64,000 nucleotides of DNA, from positions 20,708,001-20,772,000 of the forward strand of contig NC_043007.1 of assembly GCF_006345805.1 (NCBI RefSeq). The letters run 5' to 3'. This DNA is from Octopus sinensis (taxonomy: Eukaryota). Position numbers and translations under genes: made by a program. Each line of letters begins with the position of its first letter. Positions within the stretch are counted from its first letter, which is position 1. Under the pieces are notes generated by a model. That model searched no databases, was not told where the DNA came from, and was given only the letters and a program-made list of their open reading frames with translations. Positions 1-12,830 of this stretch are shown here, piece by piece.

Positions 1-140
1 AAAATTTCATTACAAGAAAAAATTCCTGACAATTCAATCACCAATTTCTTTAATGAAAAAGGCGAGGGGGTGGGGTGGGGGACTAACTAACTTTTGGTAT
101 ATTTTATTTTTGAGAATTGAGAAAAATAAATTACTTTTCA

Positions 141-418
141 TTTTTGGATTTGGTTTGCAAGATTCTTTATATGAGTTCGTGTGTTGAAGCATATTCTGTT
201 GTGTCTGGGGAGAGTCATTTTCTTTTTGTGCCTTATTATTTAACACACTAACCAGTAAAATTTCCACTTATTTCTTATTTTTATTTTCCTAAAAAAGGTT
301 GCAAGACGCAACGAAAATTTTAGGAAAATAAAAATAAGAAATAAGTGGAAATTTTACCGGTGAGTGTGTTAAATAATAAGGCACAAAAAAAAATGATTCT
401 CCCCAGACACAACAGAAT
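141..418. mobile_element. Fold-back repeat element (arms ~193-293 and ~318-418); family recurs at 50313-50476 and 55369-55725
   Basis: attctgttgtgtctggggagagtc...ttttcctaaaa is the reverse complement of tttaggaaaa...ctccccagacacaacagaat; near-identical sequence occurs at two other loci. Confidence 0.75.
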
Positions 419-1076
419 AAATTACTTTTAAATCATGAAAAACATATCTTGAAAATAAAAAATTACAGTGATTCCTACTTCTATATTCAATAGACGCTGG
501 AATCAAACTTCTCTCATCACTGCAGCGGCGTTGGTGACGTCAGTACATTTAATAAAGGGGAGTCTACTCAGTTAGTTAGACATGCTTTCTTTACAAACAA
601 ACCACACACACTCAGACAAAAGAAATCGTTGTAGAACCAGGAATAGCTGCATAGTGCTGGTCAAAATGCCTTGAGATATTTAATTCTATTTTGGTACGGT
701 TTGTGTGCAAGATCTGCCAGAGATGATTTTACTTGCCATCACCCTCAAGCATCAATCAATACTGGTTAAATCAATCGAACCAATCCTCTACCATATAAAG
801 TTGTGGAAGTTGTGTCAATGTGATAGCGTAATTGTTTTTAATTCAATTGCTATGTTAGCAGGTTGGATGGTTTTACAAATTTATACAATTTACTGTTAGT
901 GGTGTGTATATATAGTAGGGGCAGGCCACAGAAGGTGTGGAAGCAATTGGTGAGGCCCAGATCTCAGAATGTTGGTGGGGTAAGGTCTTACAAGACTGAG
1001 TGGAAATGCAAAGTAATATTTTGCAAACCCATCAAACCTATGCTAGCATAGTAAACGTAGGGTATTAAAAGGACAT

Positions 1077-1320
1077 CATGATCATCATCATCATCATCGT
1101 TTAACGTCCGTTTTCCATTCTAGCATGGGTTGGGCAGTTCAACCGGGGTCTGGGAAGCCAGGAGGCTGCACCAGGCTCCGGTCTGATCTGGCAGTGTTTC
1201 TACAGCTGGATGCCCTTCCTAACGCCAACCACTCCGTGAGTGTAGTGGGTGCTTTTTACGTGCCAGGGGAGGCTGACAAATGGCCACAATCGGTTGGTGC
1301 TTTTTATGTGCCACCAGCAT
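1077..1320 (-). mobile_element. 3' part of a Meta-domain SINE / RTE-tailed retroposon ending in (GAT)n
   Basis: Minus strand has ggcgttaggaagggcatccagctgtagaaa and the tail cggacgttaaacgatgatgat; many copies in the window. Confidence 0.7.
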
Positions 1321-1336
1321 GGGATGTAGATAACCA

Positions 1337-1882
1337 TTATTATTTAAGACATCACACAGTATCCAATATCATGATGTTGTTGATTGAAGCTATTGTGTCT
1401 ACAAGGGGCTTATACTATCTGCTGAGTCACAACAAGGACCTCAGGCAGACAGTACTTTATGTAATATGTGTGAAGTCCTAAGTAATGCCAATTTTTGCAA
1501 TATACCAAAATTGTAGGGTACTTCTAAAGTTTCCAGATGTTTCTTCAAGTTGGGTGGTATTGAACCCAATGCTCCGATAACAATAGGAACAACCTTTATG
1601 CTTGACTCTTGCAGCTTCCACATCTTGGCAATCTCAATTCTCAGGTCTCCATATCTATCAATCTTTTCTTTTTCTTTCATGATAATATGTTGATCTCCTA
1701 GCACTGCTCCCTCGATTATTAGGCACTCTTGTTTGTCCCTCCTAAAGTTTACTATATCTGGCCTTCAGTGCTCTAACATCTTGTCTGTGTGCAAGTCAAA
1801 GTCCCAGAGAATTTTTGCCTTCCCCTTTTTGTCCATTATCTTTTCCAGTGTATGCTGGTACCAGGCACCAGTTACCTCATAT
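1337..1882 (-). mobile_element. 5'-truncated R4/Dong-clade non-LTR retrotransposon (restriction-like endonuclease C-terminus)
   Basis: Minus translation has ILWDF..TD..LEH*RPDIV...EKIDRYGDLRIEIAKMW..VVPIVIGALGSIP; it abuts a (TAA)n tract, the known target of Dong-like elements. Confidence 0.85.
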
Positions 1883-1884
1883 CG

Positions 1885-1970
1885 TTATTATTATTATTAT
1901 TATTATTATTGTTATTATCATTATTATCATTATTATCATTATCATTATTATTATTATTACTATTATTATT
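1885..1970. repeat. (TAT/CAT)n microsatellite
   Basis: Seen directly; explains poly-I/Y/L ORFs. Confidence 0.95.
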
Positions 1971-1971
1971 A

Positions 1972-2272
1972 AGGTGGCAAGCTGGCAGAGATGCTAGCAC
2001 ATCGAGCGAAATGCTTAGTGGTATTTCGTCTGTCTTTACGTTCTGAGTTCAAATTTCACCGACGTTGACTTTGCCTTTCATCCTTTCAGGGTCGATAAAT
2101 TAAGTACCAGTTGCATACTGGGGTGGATCTAATCGACTGGCCCCCTCCCCAAAAATTTCGAGCATTGTGCCTAGAGCAGAAGAGAATATATTAAGTACCA
2201 GTGAGACACCGGGGTTGATGTAATTGACTATCGCCCTCCCCAAAATGTTAGGCCTTGTGCCTATTGTAGAAA
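1972..2272 (+). mobile_element. tRNA-derived SINE with Nin/Deu-like central domain
   Basis: gctggcaga head, gagttcaaatt B-box, and gcctttcatcctttc.gggtcgataaattaagtaccag domain. Confidence 0.75.
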
Positions 2273-2276
2273 TTAT

Positions 2277-2314
<38 letters not shown>

Positions 2315-2389
2315 TTATCATTATTATTACTACTACTACTACTACTACTACTATTATTATTATTATCATCATTATTATTATTATTATTA

Positions 2390-2429
<40 letters not shown>

Positions 2430-2452
2430 CATTATTACTATTATTATTATTA
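2273..2452. repeat. (TAC)n/(TAT)n compound microsatellite
   Basis: Seen directly. Confidence 0.95.
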
Positions 2453-2817
2453 CCTCAGCCTTGAAGGCATTCGTGTTTGTTTGTTTGTTTAACCATGGAC
2501 AAGATATCTCAAGAACCGCTGAATGGATTTGGATGAAACTTTCAGGGATGTTTGGCCTCATGACTGGCACAAACTCATTAGATTTTGGGATTGATCCAGT
2601 ACCAGACAAGGATTCTGGATTATTTTTCCTGTTTTTTTTTACTTAGTTTTTGAGAGCAGTTGGGTTCATTTTTCGTATTCTTGTTTGTGAGAGCAGTCAA
2701 GTTTATTTCAGATATTCTCATTTTCAAAATCATCTCCAGCTAATCGTTGAAAGAAATTTTGGTGTTCCCTTGACAGAGGTTTGCACTCTCTCTGTGCTCT
2801 TGTTATTATCATTATTA

Positions 2818-3030
2818 AGGTGGTGAGCTGGCAGAATCGTTAGCACACCAGGCAAAATGCTTAGCAGTATTTTGCTTGTTTTTATGTTCTGAGTTCAAAT
2901 TCTTTCAAAGTTGACTTTGCCTTTCATTCTTTTGGGGTCAATAAATTAGGTACCAGTCAAGTACTGGGGTCGATGCAATCAACTTACCCCTCCCCACAAA
3001 TTTCAGGTTTGTGCCTATAGTAGAAAGGAT
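2818..3030 (+). mobile_element. Nin/Deu-domain SINE copy
   Basis: Same head and central domain as 1972-2272. Confidence 0.75.
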
Positions 3031-3061
3031 TATTGTTATTATTATTATTATTATTATTATT

Positions 3062-3352
3062 GAGTGAGAGAGCAGTGCATGCCATCAAAGTGACACTGGG
3101 GTAAAATATACGAAGCCCAGTTAGAAATTTCTTCTGGTCAAGTAACCCATCCTGCTCAAAAGGTCCTTGAATAAGGGTTGTTTAAGGATGTTGAATGAAA
3201 CACCCATGTTTCCATAGGTGAATTATTCAAACCCCAAAGAATCCCTCTCAACACACAGCTATGATGCTCTCCCACTACTTCTGCTCATGATCAGAGATGC
3301 ACATATCGTCAGCCACTAAGGGACATGGTCAACTGGTTAAGGTCAAACAACT
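3062..3352. mobile_element. Interspersed repeat embedded in (TAA)n; overlapping family member at 60043-60271
   Basis: actacttctgctc.tgatcagagatgc.catatcgtcagccactaagggacatggtc is shared by both loci, and both abut (ATT)n. Confidence 0.65.
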
Positions 3353-3381
3353 AACTATTATTATTATTATTATTATTATTA

Positions 3382-3419
<38 letters not shown>

Positions 3420-3420
<1 letters not shown>

Positions 3421-3815
3421 CTGTGCCCATTGAAACTTTTGTTTGATTGTTCTGTTGTACAACCAACATAAATCAAGTTGTGTTTCATGCATTCTGCTGC
3501 ATACACCAAATGGGAATCTCTACACATCCCACCTTCCATGTAAATCATAACATTTCTGCTATAATTTTTGATGGAATTCACATGACTCATGGTGTTGCAC
3601 AATGAATACAGCTTACCATAAAGAAATTCCAATGTTAGTTTTCTTGGAGTCAGAACTAGGGGTTAATAGTTCTCTTACATTTTTATTCTGTCTAAAAGCT
3701 AAAATATAAAAATATAAGAGAACTATTAACCTCTTCTTCTGACTCCCAGAAAACTAACATTGGAGTTTTTCCATGCTATACCTTGAAAAGCAGCTGCAAG
3801 AAAGGTAAGCCCTAT
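3420..3815 (-). mobile_element. Penelope-like element fragment (linker plus GIY-YIG endonuclease) with inverted duplication
   Basis: Minus ORF has LVYAAECMKHNLIYVGCTTEQSNKSFNGHR (GIY-YIG pattern); NKNVRELL linker is duplicated as inverted arms ~3627-3686 and ~3706-3764. Confidence 0.75.
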
Positions 3816-4096
3816 TCGTTGTACAACATGAATCAAGTGAATTCCATTGGGAATCATAATTTTTGGGTAAAATTTTTGGTGAAATTTTTCAAAAAACCAT
3901 ATAACGAATATGCTCCATATGCTGAAGTCTATAAACGTGGACATCGTTTACAGTGAAAATTTTCGGAAAATTTTTAGAAAATTTTTGGTGAAAATTTTCG
4001 AAAAATTTTTTGGGAAAATATTCGGTGAAAATTTTTGGAATATTTTTGGGGAAAATTTTAGGTGAAAATTTTCTGGGTTTTAAGAAGTTATAGTGG

Positions 4097-4480
4097 ATGA
4101 GTCCAGCAGAGTTACCATAACCTTCTTTTTGAGGAGCTCAGGTTTAGGGAAGGATTTGAGTGTTTCATTTTGGTTCAACCACTGTAAAGAATGTTTTTTA
4201 TTATTGTACAGAATCCACTCTTCATTGCAAGTTGCAATATGGTCAAGAAATAGATTGGTCTGGTTACAGAGAAGTGATGAGCAAATTTAATATCTGCGCA
4301 TTTTCAGGTTTTTATTCAAATCGTGTGGTACCCATTTGTTGAGCTCTTTTGATTTTCCATTTGCATGCAAATGGTTTCAGGCAGTTTTCTGGCTAACTTA
4401 AAGAAAGTTCTTTTGCCAGTTCTCGATTGGCTTTACAGGGATTTTTCTCAATGATGGTCTTTAAATGACCATCATATTCA
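4097..4480 (-). mobile_element. Degenerate mariner transposase fragment
   Basis: Minus translation, with frameshifts: LKTIIEKNP...RELAKEL, KWVPHDL, FLDHIATCNEEWILYNN, PKPELLKKKVMV. Confidence 0.85.
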
Positions 4481-4639
4481 CTTGGGATTAATACCTGATA
4501 TGGTTACACTCTTCCTTTTATGGAGATACATTAGGTTGTTCTGGACTCGGAAAATCTGAGAGCTATGATTCAAAACACTGCAGGGGTTTTGCTACAAGAG
4601 TAACTACGGCTTGCCCCTGTGCCATTCTGCTACTGATGT

Positions 4640-4658
4640 CTATCTGTCTGTCTGTCAG

Positions 4659-4713
<55 letters not shown>

Positions 4714-4714
4714 G

Positions 4715-4757
<43 letters not shown>

Positions 4758-4870
4758 GTCTGTCTGTCTGTCTGTCTATCTGTCTGTCTGTCTGTCTGTC
4801 TGCCTGTCTATCTATCTATATATCTATCTGTCTGTCTATCTATCTGTCTATCTATCTATCTATCTATCTA

Positions 4871-4903
<33 letters not shown>

Positions 4904-4965
4904 TCTATCTGTCTGTCTATCTGTCTGACTATCTGTCTGTCTATCTATCCATCCATCCATCTATA
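4640..4965. repeat. (CTAT)n/(CTGT)n microsatellite
   Basis: Seen directly. Confidence 0.95.
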
Positions 4966-5434
4966 TTGATGTCATAATCATCACTTAACATTCACTTTTC
5001 CATACCTGCATGGGTCAGATGGAATATGTTGAGGCAGATTTTCTACAACCGGATGCCCTTCCTGTTGCCAACCCTCACCTGTTTCCAAGCTGAGAACACT
5101 TGTAGTTATTTGTTAGACTCGTATCAATCGTACTTGAATAAAACCTATGATAACAGCCTTCCTGTCATAATTGGCAATCCATCTTTCTGTATGACTGTAC
5201 AGTTCGTACACTCAGAGAGAAATCAATATTTTTTATCATGTTTATTGTAACACATTCCAGCTTTCCACTGTTGCCTAGGTTAATTTTCGTCCTTTCTCCT
5301 TATATCAAGTTACCATCTGTGTCTGTATCACCAGCACAGCATTTATTTTGGGTCAAAATACTTTATTCTAAAATGGTCTGGCCCACCTGCTTCTAAATAT
5401 GTACTTCAGTATAAGAACAATTCATCACACTCAG

Positions 5435-5744
5435 CGTGTGCGTGTGTTTGTGTGTGTGTGTATGTGTATGTATATGTGTGTGCATTTGCGCACATGTATA
5501 GGTGTGTATTTGTGTGTGTGTGTGTATTTGTATGTGTGTGTACGTGTATGTGTATGTGTGTTTGTGCGTGTGTATAAGTGTGTATTTGTGTGTGCGTGTG
5601 TGTGTGTGAGTGTGAGTGTGCTTGTGTGTGTGTGAGTGTGTTTTTGTGCATGTGTATAGGTGTGTGTGTGTGTATTTATATGAATGTGTATGTGTGTGTG
5701 TATGTGTATGTGTGTGTGTTTGTGTGTGTGTAAATGTGTGTATT

Positions 5745-5775
<31 letters not shown>

Positions 5776-6372
5776 ATAAGTGTGTATTTGTGTGTGCGTG
5801 TGTGTGTGTGAGTGTGAGTGTGTGTGTGCGAGTGCAAGTGTGCTTGTGTGTGTGTGTGAGTGTATGTGAGTGTGTTTTTGTGCATGTGTATAGGTGTGTG
5901 TGAATATTTGTATGAATGTGTATGTGTGTGTGTTTGTGTGTGTGTATACGTGTGTATTTGTGTGTGTGTGTGTGCGAGTGCAAGTGTGCTTGTGTGTGTG
6001 TGTGACTGTATGTGAGTGTGTTTGTGTGTGAGTGTGTGTGTGAGTGTGTTTTTGTGTTCTGTTTGTGCATGTGTATAGGTGTGTGTGTTTGTGTGTGTGT
6101 ATGTGTATGTGTGTGTGTGTTTGTGCGTGTGTATAGGTGTGTATTTGTGTATGTGTGTGTGCGAGTGTGAGTGTGCTTGTGTGTGTGTGTGAGTGTATGT
6201 GAGTGTGTTTGTGTGTGAGTGTGTGTGTGAATGTGTTTGTGTGTGTGTGAGTGTATGTGAGTGTGTTTGTGTGTGAGTGTGTGTGTGTGTGTGTGAATGT
6301 GTTTGTGTGTGTGTGAGTGTGTTTGTGTGTGTGTGTGTGTGTGTTTGTGTTTGTATATGTGTACATGTGCAC
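5435..6372. repeat. Compound (GT)n-rich array with higher-order repeated blocks
   Basis: Seen directly; source of the HT/CV-rich ORFs. Confidence 0.95.
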
Positions 6373-6704
6373 ACATGTATGCGTCATCAACATCGTTGTA
6401 ACTGTTGTCAGCATTGTCATCTCGTCCGCTTCATCATCCGTTTTACTTCCGTTTTTTTCATACCTGCATGGGTTTGATGCATCCTCTCCAACGCATCATC
6501 CCATCCTCCAACTTGTAGCATTCCTTTGTCATCTTGTTTTGTTAGATTCAACTTCCTCAGCTCACCCTTCACTACTTCCACCCATGTTTTCCAGAAGACA
6601 CGGTTGAGTTGCTTCCTAATATTTTGAGAGCTTGCAGTGCAAAGTGCAATTTTTCTGCTGAGTGTAACTTAGTGACAGACCAGCGCCACCAAGTTTATTT
6701 ATCT

Positions 6705-7330
6705 TTCTTATCTTTTTATCTTTTACTTGTTTCAGTCATTTGACTGCGGCCATGCTGGAGCACCGCCTTTAGTCGAGCAAATCGACCCCGGGACTTATTC
6801 TTTGTAAGCCCAGTACTTATTCTATCGGTCTCTTTTGCCGAACCGCTGAGTGACGGGGACGTAAACACACCAGCATCGGTTGTCAAGCAATGCTAGGGGG
6901 ACAAACACAGACACACAAACACGCACACACACACTTATATATATATATATATATACATATATACGACAGGCTTCTTTCAGTTTCCGTCTACCAAATCCAC
7001 TCACAAGGCATTGGTCGGCCCGGGGCTATAGCAGAAGACACTTGCCCAAGATGCCACGCAGTGGGACTGAACCCGGAGCCATGTGGTTGGTTAGCAAGCT
7101 ACTTACCACACAGCCACTCTTATTTATTTATTCATATATTTGTTTCAGTCATTCGACTGTGGCCATGCTGGAGCACCACATTTAGTCAAACAAATCGACC
7201 CCTGGACTTATTCTTTGTAAGCCCGGTACTTATTCTATTGGTCTCTTTTGCCGAACCGCTAAGTTATGGGGACACAAACACACCAACATTGGTTGCCAAA
7301 CGATGGTGGGGGACTAACACAGACGCACAA

Positions 7331-7363
<33 letters not shown>

Positions 7364-7520
7364 CATACACACACACACATATATGTATGACGGGCTTCTT
7401 TCAGTTTCTGTCTACCAAATCCACTCACAAGGCTTTGGTCGGCCCAAGGCTATAGTAGAAGACACTTGCCCAAGGTGTCACGCAGTGAGACTGAACCCAG
7501 AACCATGTGGTTGGTAAGTG
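6705..7520 (-). mobile_element. Two tandem octopus tRNA-derived SINEs (OR-type) with an internal (CA)/(TA) tract
   Basis: Minus strand has gagtggctgtgtggtaagtagc head, ggttcagtcc B-box, ttgggcaagtgtcttc and tail ggccgcagtcaaatgactgaaac; family name is from recall. Confidence 0.8.
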
Positions 7521-8059
7521 GATTTTTTATTAGTGCCCCATCAACCCATTCAGTTAGCTGTATATTTTTACAATAGGCTGACGTTGTAGCAGTTTGTTCA
7601 TTATGAGACATTTTAGCACGGCCATTTTAGCCTTGCCTGTTTGACATCATTGATTCGATGCTGCCTTATTTGACATCAGGTGATTTAATGTTCCTCCCTT
7701 TTTCCCTACTCCCTCTCTCTTGCTTCCCCTTTCTCCTCCTCTCCCCTTCTCCCCTCTTTCTTTCTTCCTTCTCTCTTTCTCTCCTCTTTCTTTCTCTTCC
7801 TCTTTCTTTCTCTCTCTTTCTCCCCTCTCTCTTTCACCCCCTCTCTCTTTCTCCCTCCCTCTCTTTCTCCCCCTCTCCCTTCGTCCCACTAAAATTTAAG
7901 GCCTTGTGTCTATAACAGAAAGGATTATTTCCTATACCCTCTGTTGGGGAAAGGAGGAGTGAAGGCCGAGGAAAGAAGGGCTTTGCTATTAAAATGAATA
8001 AAATGAAAAATGACATAAATATTTAACTGTTTTCTTATACATATTTATTTATTTTCCAG

Positions 8060-8361
8060 GTGCTTACAAAACTCATCTTTTCACCTTGAGACTCGACCTA
8101 GGACCCCACGATGAAATACCCGACTCCCTTGAGATGGTCAGCGATGTGAAGTTTACCATGCCAGCTAGCACTGTTTCCAAATGTCAGATTCGATCAATAT
8201 CATGTGGCAATCCCACCCCACCGGAGAAATGGGTCCGCTATATAGCCCACTACAATTATAAGGTTGCTATTGAGCACACACTTGAAGGGAGTATCCAAAA
8301 CGTACCTGAAATTGATGTCCAAATGGCAGCGGAAGGAAACGACTCCGAATCCGATTCGTAG
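8060..8361 (+). CDS. stnB: Stonin / protein stoned-B, last coding exon (C-terminus of the mu-homology domain)
   Basis: Acceptor ttttccag at 8059; reads (G)AYKTHLFTLRLDLGPHDEIPD...VKFTMPASTVSKCQIRSIS...PEKWVRYIAHYNYKVAIE, resembling the stoned-B/stonin-2 C-terminus; TAG ends at 8361. Confidence 0.85.
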
Positions 8362-8809
8362 TCTGAACAGAAAAAAGGCTAAATCGGTGAACGGCAACTC
8401 ACTAATTTACACTGTTATTACTTACTTACTACTACTACTACTACTACTACTAAAAGGACAAAAGACAGTTACTACTACAACTACTACTTCTGTTACTACC
8501 AACTTTTTCCACGCAACCAAAATACCCCCCAGTCTCAAGACTAGACGTTTTTGATAATCTATACATGATGCCTTCCATAGTGAAGCAAGTTTTAGATATT
8601 TGTAAGGAGAAGAAGAAAAAAAAAAAATATAATAACCTGAAAATTATTTGTAATGTAAAGCTACCTGTTGTTGTTGTTGTTGTTGTTACTGGTTTATTTA
8701 TATATATATTTTTTTTTTAATTGACAGAACGGACTGTGAATTTCAGTCGTTGTAACTGAAATACCTGAGAGTACACGCTTTAAATTTTGTGATTAGCTTC
8801 AGTTTCCTT

Positions 8810-9162
8810 TCATACATATGCGTGAATGTGTGTGCGTGCGTGTGAGTGTATATGTGTTTGTGCATGTGTGTGTGTGTGTGTGTATAAGTGTGTGCATATG
8901 TGTGTGTATATATGTATACGCATGCATGTACATACATGCACATACAGATGTATGCATATATATGTGTATATATATATATTATATATTATATATATGAATG
9001 TGTATGTATATCTATATAAATATATGTATGTGTGTGTATGTGTATACATATATATATGATATATATTTATATACATATACATATGTAAATATGTATACGT
9101 ATCTATACATATGCATATATATATATATATATATACACACTTATACATATGTGTACATATGC

Positions 9163-9195
<33 letters not shown>

Positions 9196-9222
9196 CATAT
9201 GTATACGTATCTATACATATGC

Positions 9223-9257
<35 letters not shown>

Positions 9258-9847
9258 TATCACACACACACACACACACACATACACACACACATACACA
9301 CACCCATATATACTCACACCATGAAGGCAGATATAGATAAAAAAGACTTATCAGAAATGAGATGTGAAATGTATTGTTATATAATTAGAACTGTGTGTTA
9401 ATTAATGGATCTTATTCAAAGTCATTTAATTTCAACCTTTCATTTACTTTTATTTTTATTTTTATCATTTCTGGTTCTTTTTTTTTTTTTTAACCAGAGG
9501 AAAAAAAAATATCAACCAAACCAAACCAAACTAAATTGCTGTTAATTTTGGTAGAATCTTGTAGAGTTGTTCCCATGTTACAATGCAGCTTTCTCTTAGT
9601 TCTACTAGTTGTCTTAGTCACCTTTTCAATCAATGATAACGATAACTGATCTGACAAAATTTTAATCAAACTAATTAAATTTAAATCTTAATATGACAAA
9701 CGAACAAGAGCAAAATCCAATTTCTCACAGGGTCGAAATTGGGACGTCTAAACGAAGAGTCCTAATAGACTTTTGATGGGAGAGCACATACCCACACATG
9801 CACGTGCACACACAAATATATATCATATATATACATACATACATACA

Positions 9848-9900
<53 letters not shown>

Positions 9901-10006
9901 CACATATATATACACACATATATATACACATATATACATATATATATATATGTGCATATGTGTATGTATATATATATATACACACATATGTGTGTATACA
10001 TATATA

Positions 10007-10061
<55 letters not shown>

Positions 10062-10162
10062 TTATGCATATATATATATATATATTCATATATCCATATA
10101 AGTATGTGTGTGTATGTATATATATATACATATATCCATATAAGTATGTGTCTGTATATATA

Positions 10163-10213
<51 letters not shown>

Positions 10214-11017
10214 TATACATGTATGTGTATGTGCTTGTATTATAAGAACTGAAAGAAAGAGACAACAACCAACAATATTCTTCCATACATCCTACCAATA
10301 ATTTCTCAAATCTTAATTATAAGCAAAAAAAAAAATTCACCATAATTTTGTTGTGTTTTTTTGTGACTATGTTTACATTTTTTTTCACATATTTTGGGAA
10401 GTTTTTTTTGTTTTGCTTTTTTTTAACCCCATCCCCCTTACTTACAAACATTTAAAAAAAAGTTTTTTGTTACAAACAACTACAATCAATAAAATTCACT
10501 CTGAGTGAACTAAATAGATGACATGTTTATTTACATCTTTGTTTTGAAAACCGAATGTCTTGGAAGAAATAAGGACCAGGCAAATAGCAGTAACAATAAC
10601 ATATACCAAAATATGTTCCATATACGGGATGGAGGGGTGAGAGGAAAAAACAAGAAACAAACAAAAACAAAAATAATGAAATATAATTTTTAATTATTTT
10701 TTTTTATGGTATTTTGCAATTTTCTGTAAATTTCTTTCATTGCTAGACTTTATGAATCAAAGAAAATCCAACAGTGACCATTCCTCTGATTCCTATTTAT
10801 TTCACTTCATATGTGCAGCTTTGATTATTTGTTTTTTTTTAAACATTTTGAAATGTTAATATTTGCATTTGTGTTACTCATAGATTTATTTATATACACA
10901 CTATCTACATGTGAAATCGCATATTTACTCATGCATACATCTACTTGCATATATACATAATATATATATATATATATTTAATATATATATTATATATACA
11001 TATATATATATATACAC

Positions 11018-11099
<82 letters not shown>

Positions 11100-11680
11100 C
11101 ATACATATACATACACACACATACATACATATGAGACAAATACATAAATAAATGTTTATTATAGTGTGTGTGTGCACGTATGTGTGTATACATATATACA
11201 CAAAAAATGCATTATGTATGTATATGTGTGTGTACATATATATATGTATGTATATATATGTAGATATGTATATATATATATTTATATATGAGTATATATA
11301 TTATATATACATATATATATATATACATCATATTATATATATATTTAATATATATTATATATATATATACATTATATATTATAAACATACAAACACACAC
11401 AGATACATACACATGCACACATCTATATAGATGCATTCACACATACATAACAATGATTGTCTACAGTATATTTATTTATCAGTGGGTTGTTGATTAGTAA
11501 ACTGCAAACTGGATTATAATTTTTATTTTTTTTTATTCGGTTTCTAAAAGTGAAATTGAGAAAAGAAAAAAAAAATATATATATAACATAAAGAAACAAA
11601 CAAAAGAATGTCAATCAGTCAAAAAAAATATCTTTGAAAGATAAATAAACATATATATATAAATATATCTATATCTATAA

Positions 11681-11714
<34 letters not shown>

Positions 11715-12581
11715 TTATTTATTTATATATATACACATATATAAACACTTGTATTGCGTAAAAGTATAATATATAAATATATTAAAAAAATACAGTTTTT
11801 ATTTATGAATATTTTTTCATACTTGCCTTTGTTGAACAGCTGACAGAAAATTTGTTTATTCATGAAGTAAGGAAGTTATGCTATGGTTCTCGTTAAGTAA
11901 AAGAAATAATTAATTATTTCATAATGACATAATTATTTATCCCCCCACCAAAAAAAAAAATAAATAAAAAATGTTTATTAATATAATTTTAGTGAAAAGT
12001 AAAGTGTGCATAATTATAAATTAAAAGTGTTTTTAGAATAATTCAACTGACCAATCAAACAAACAACCAACCAATTTAATTACCAACCAATCAACCAATT
12101 GCTTTTGAATATAGAGAAATAATAATTGTTCACTTGGAACCAATGAAAGAACGGTCGAAATTACTCTGGAGAAGGTGAAGTGGTGAAAGTAATTTCATTT
12201 TTTTTTCAAAATAAATATAAACTCTTCAAAATCAGACAAAAACGAAAATCTTTTATAACAATAAACTTTCTTTGGTATTAATCTTACTACTAAAACTATT
12301 CTAAGATGTTCGACTTCAATTGAAAGCAATTGAAATTAAGGCCACGAAGGGATTTATGATTGCATATACATATAACTACATACATACATACATACATACA
12401 TGCATACACACATACATACACACATGAACACACACATATATATATATATATATATGTATACTTGCATGTGTGTATATATATATATATATATATTATATTA
12501 TATATATACATATATGTATACATAATATAAATACATACATATATATATATGTATATATATATGAATATATGCATATATATA

Positions 12582-12632
<51 letters not shown>
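8810..12632. repeat. Cluster of (TA)n/(CA)n/(TG)n tracts in the probable stonin 3'UTR or downstream region
   Basis: Tracts at about 8810-9320, 9785-10235, 10945-11450, 11650-11745 and 12365-12632. Confidence 0.9.
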
Positions 12633-12637
<5 letters not shown>

Positions 12638-12736
12638 GGATTCAAAGCAGGAAAAATGTCAACTGTTTTTTCAGACTGCTCCCTTCATTAAAAGCTTTTG
12701 CATTTAACAAACTTATTATCATAAACTGCATTATAA

Positions 12737-12830
<94 letters not shown>

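Noticed and set aside
5393-6420. Long His/Thr-rich ORFs, and similar YI/CV/LS ORFs throughout the window
   Set aside because: They are translations of dinucleotide and tetranucleotide microsatellites.
12655-12700. UUAAUGA...GAAA on the minus strand after a TA tract
   Set aside because: Two uncompensated core mismatches and no stem I or III.
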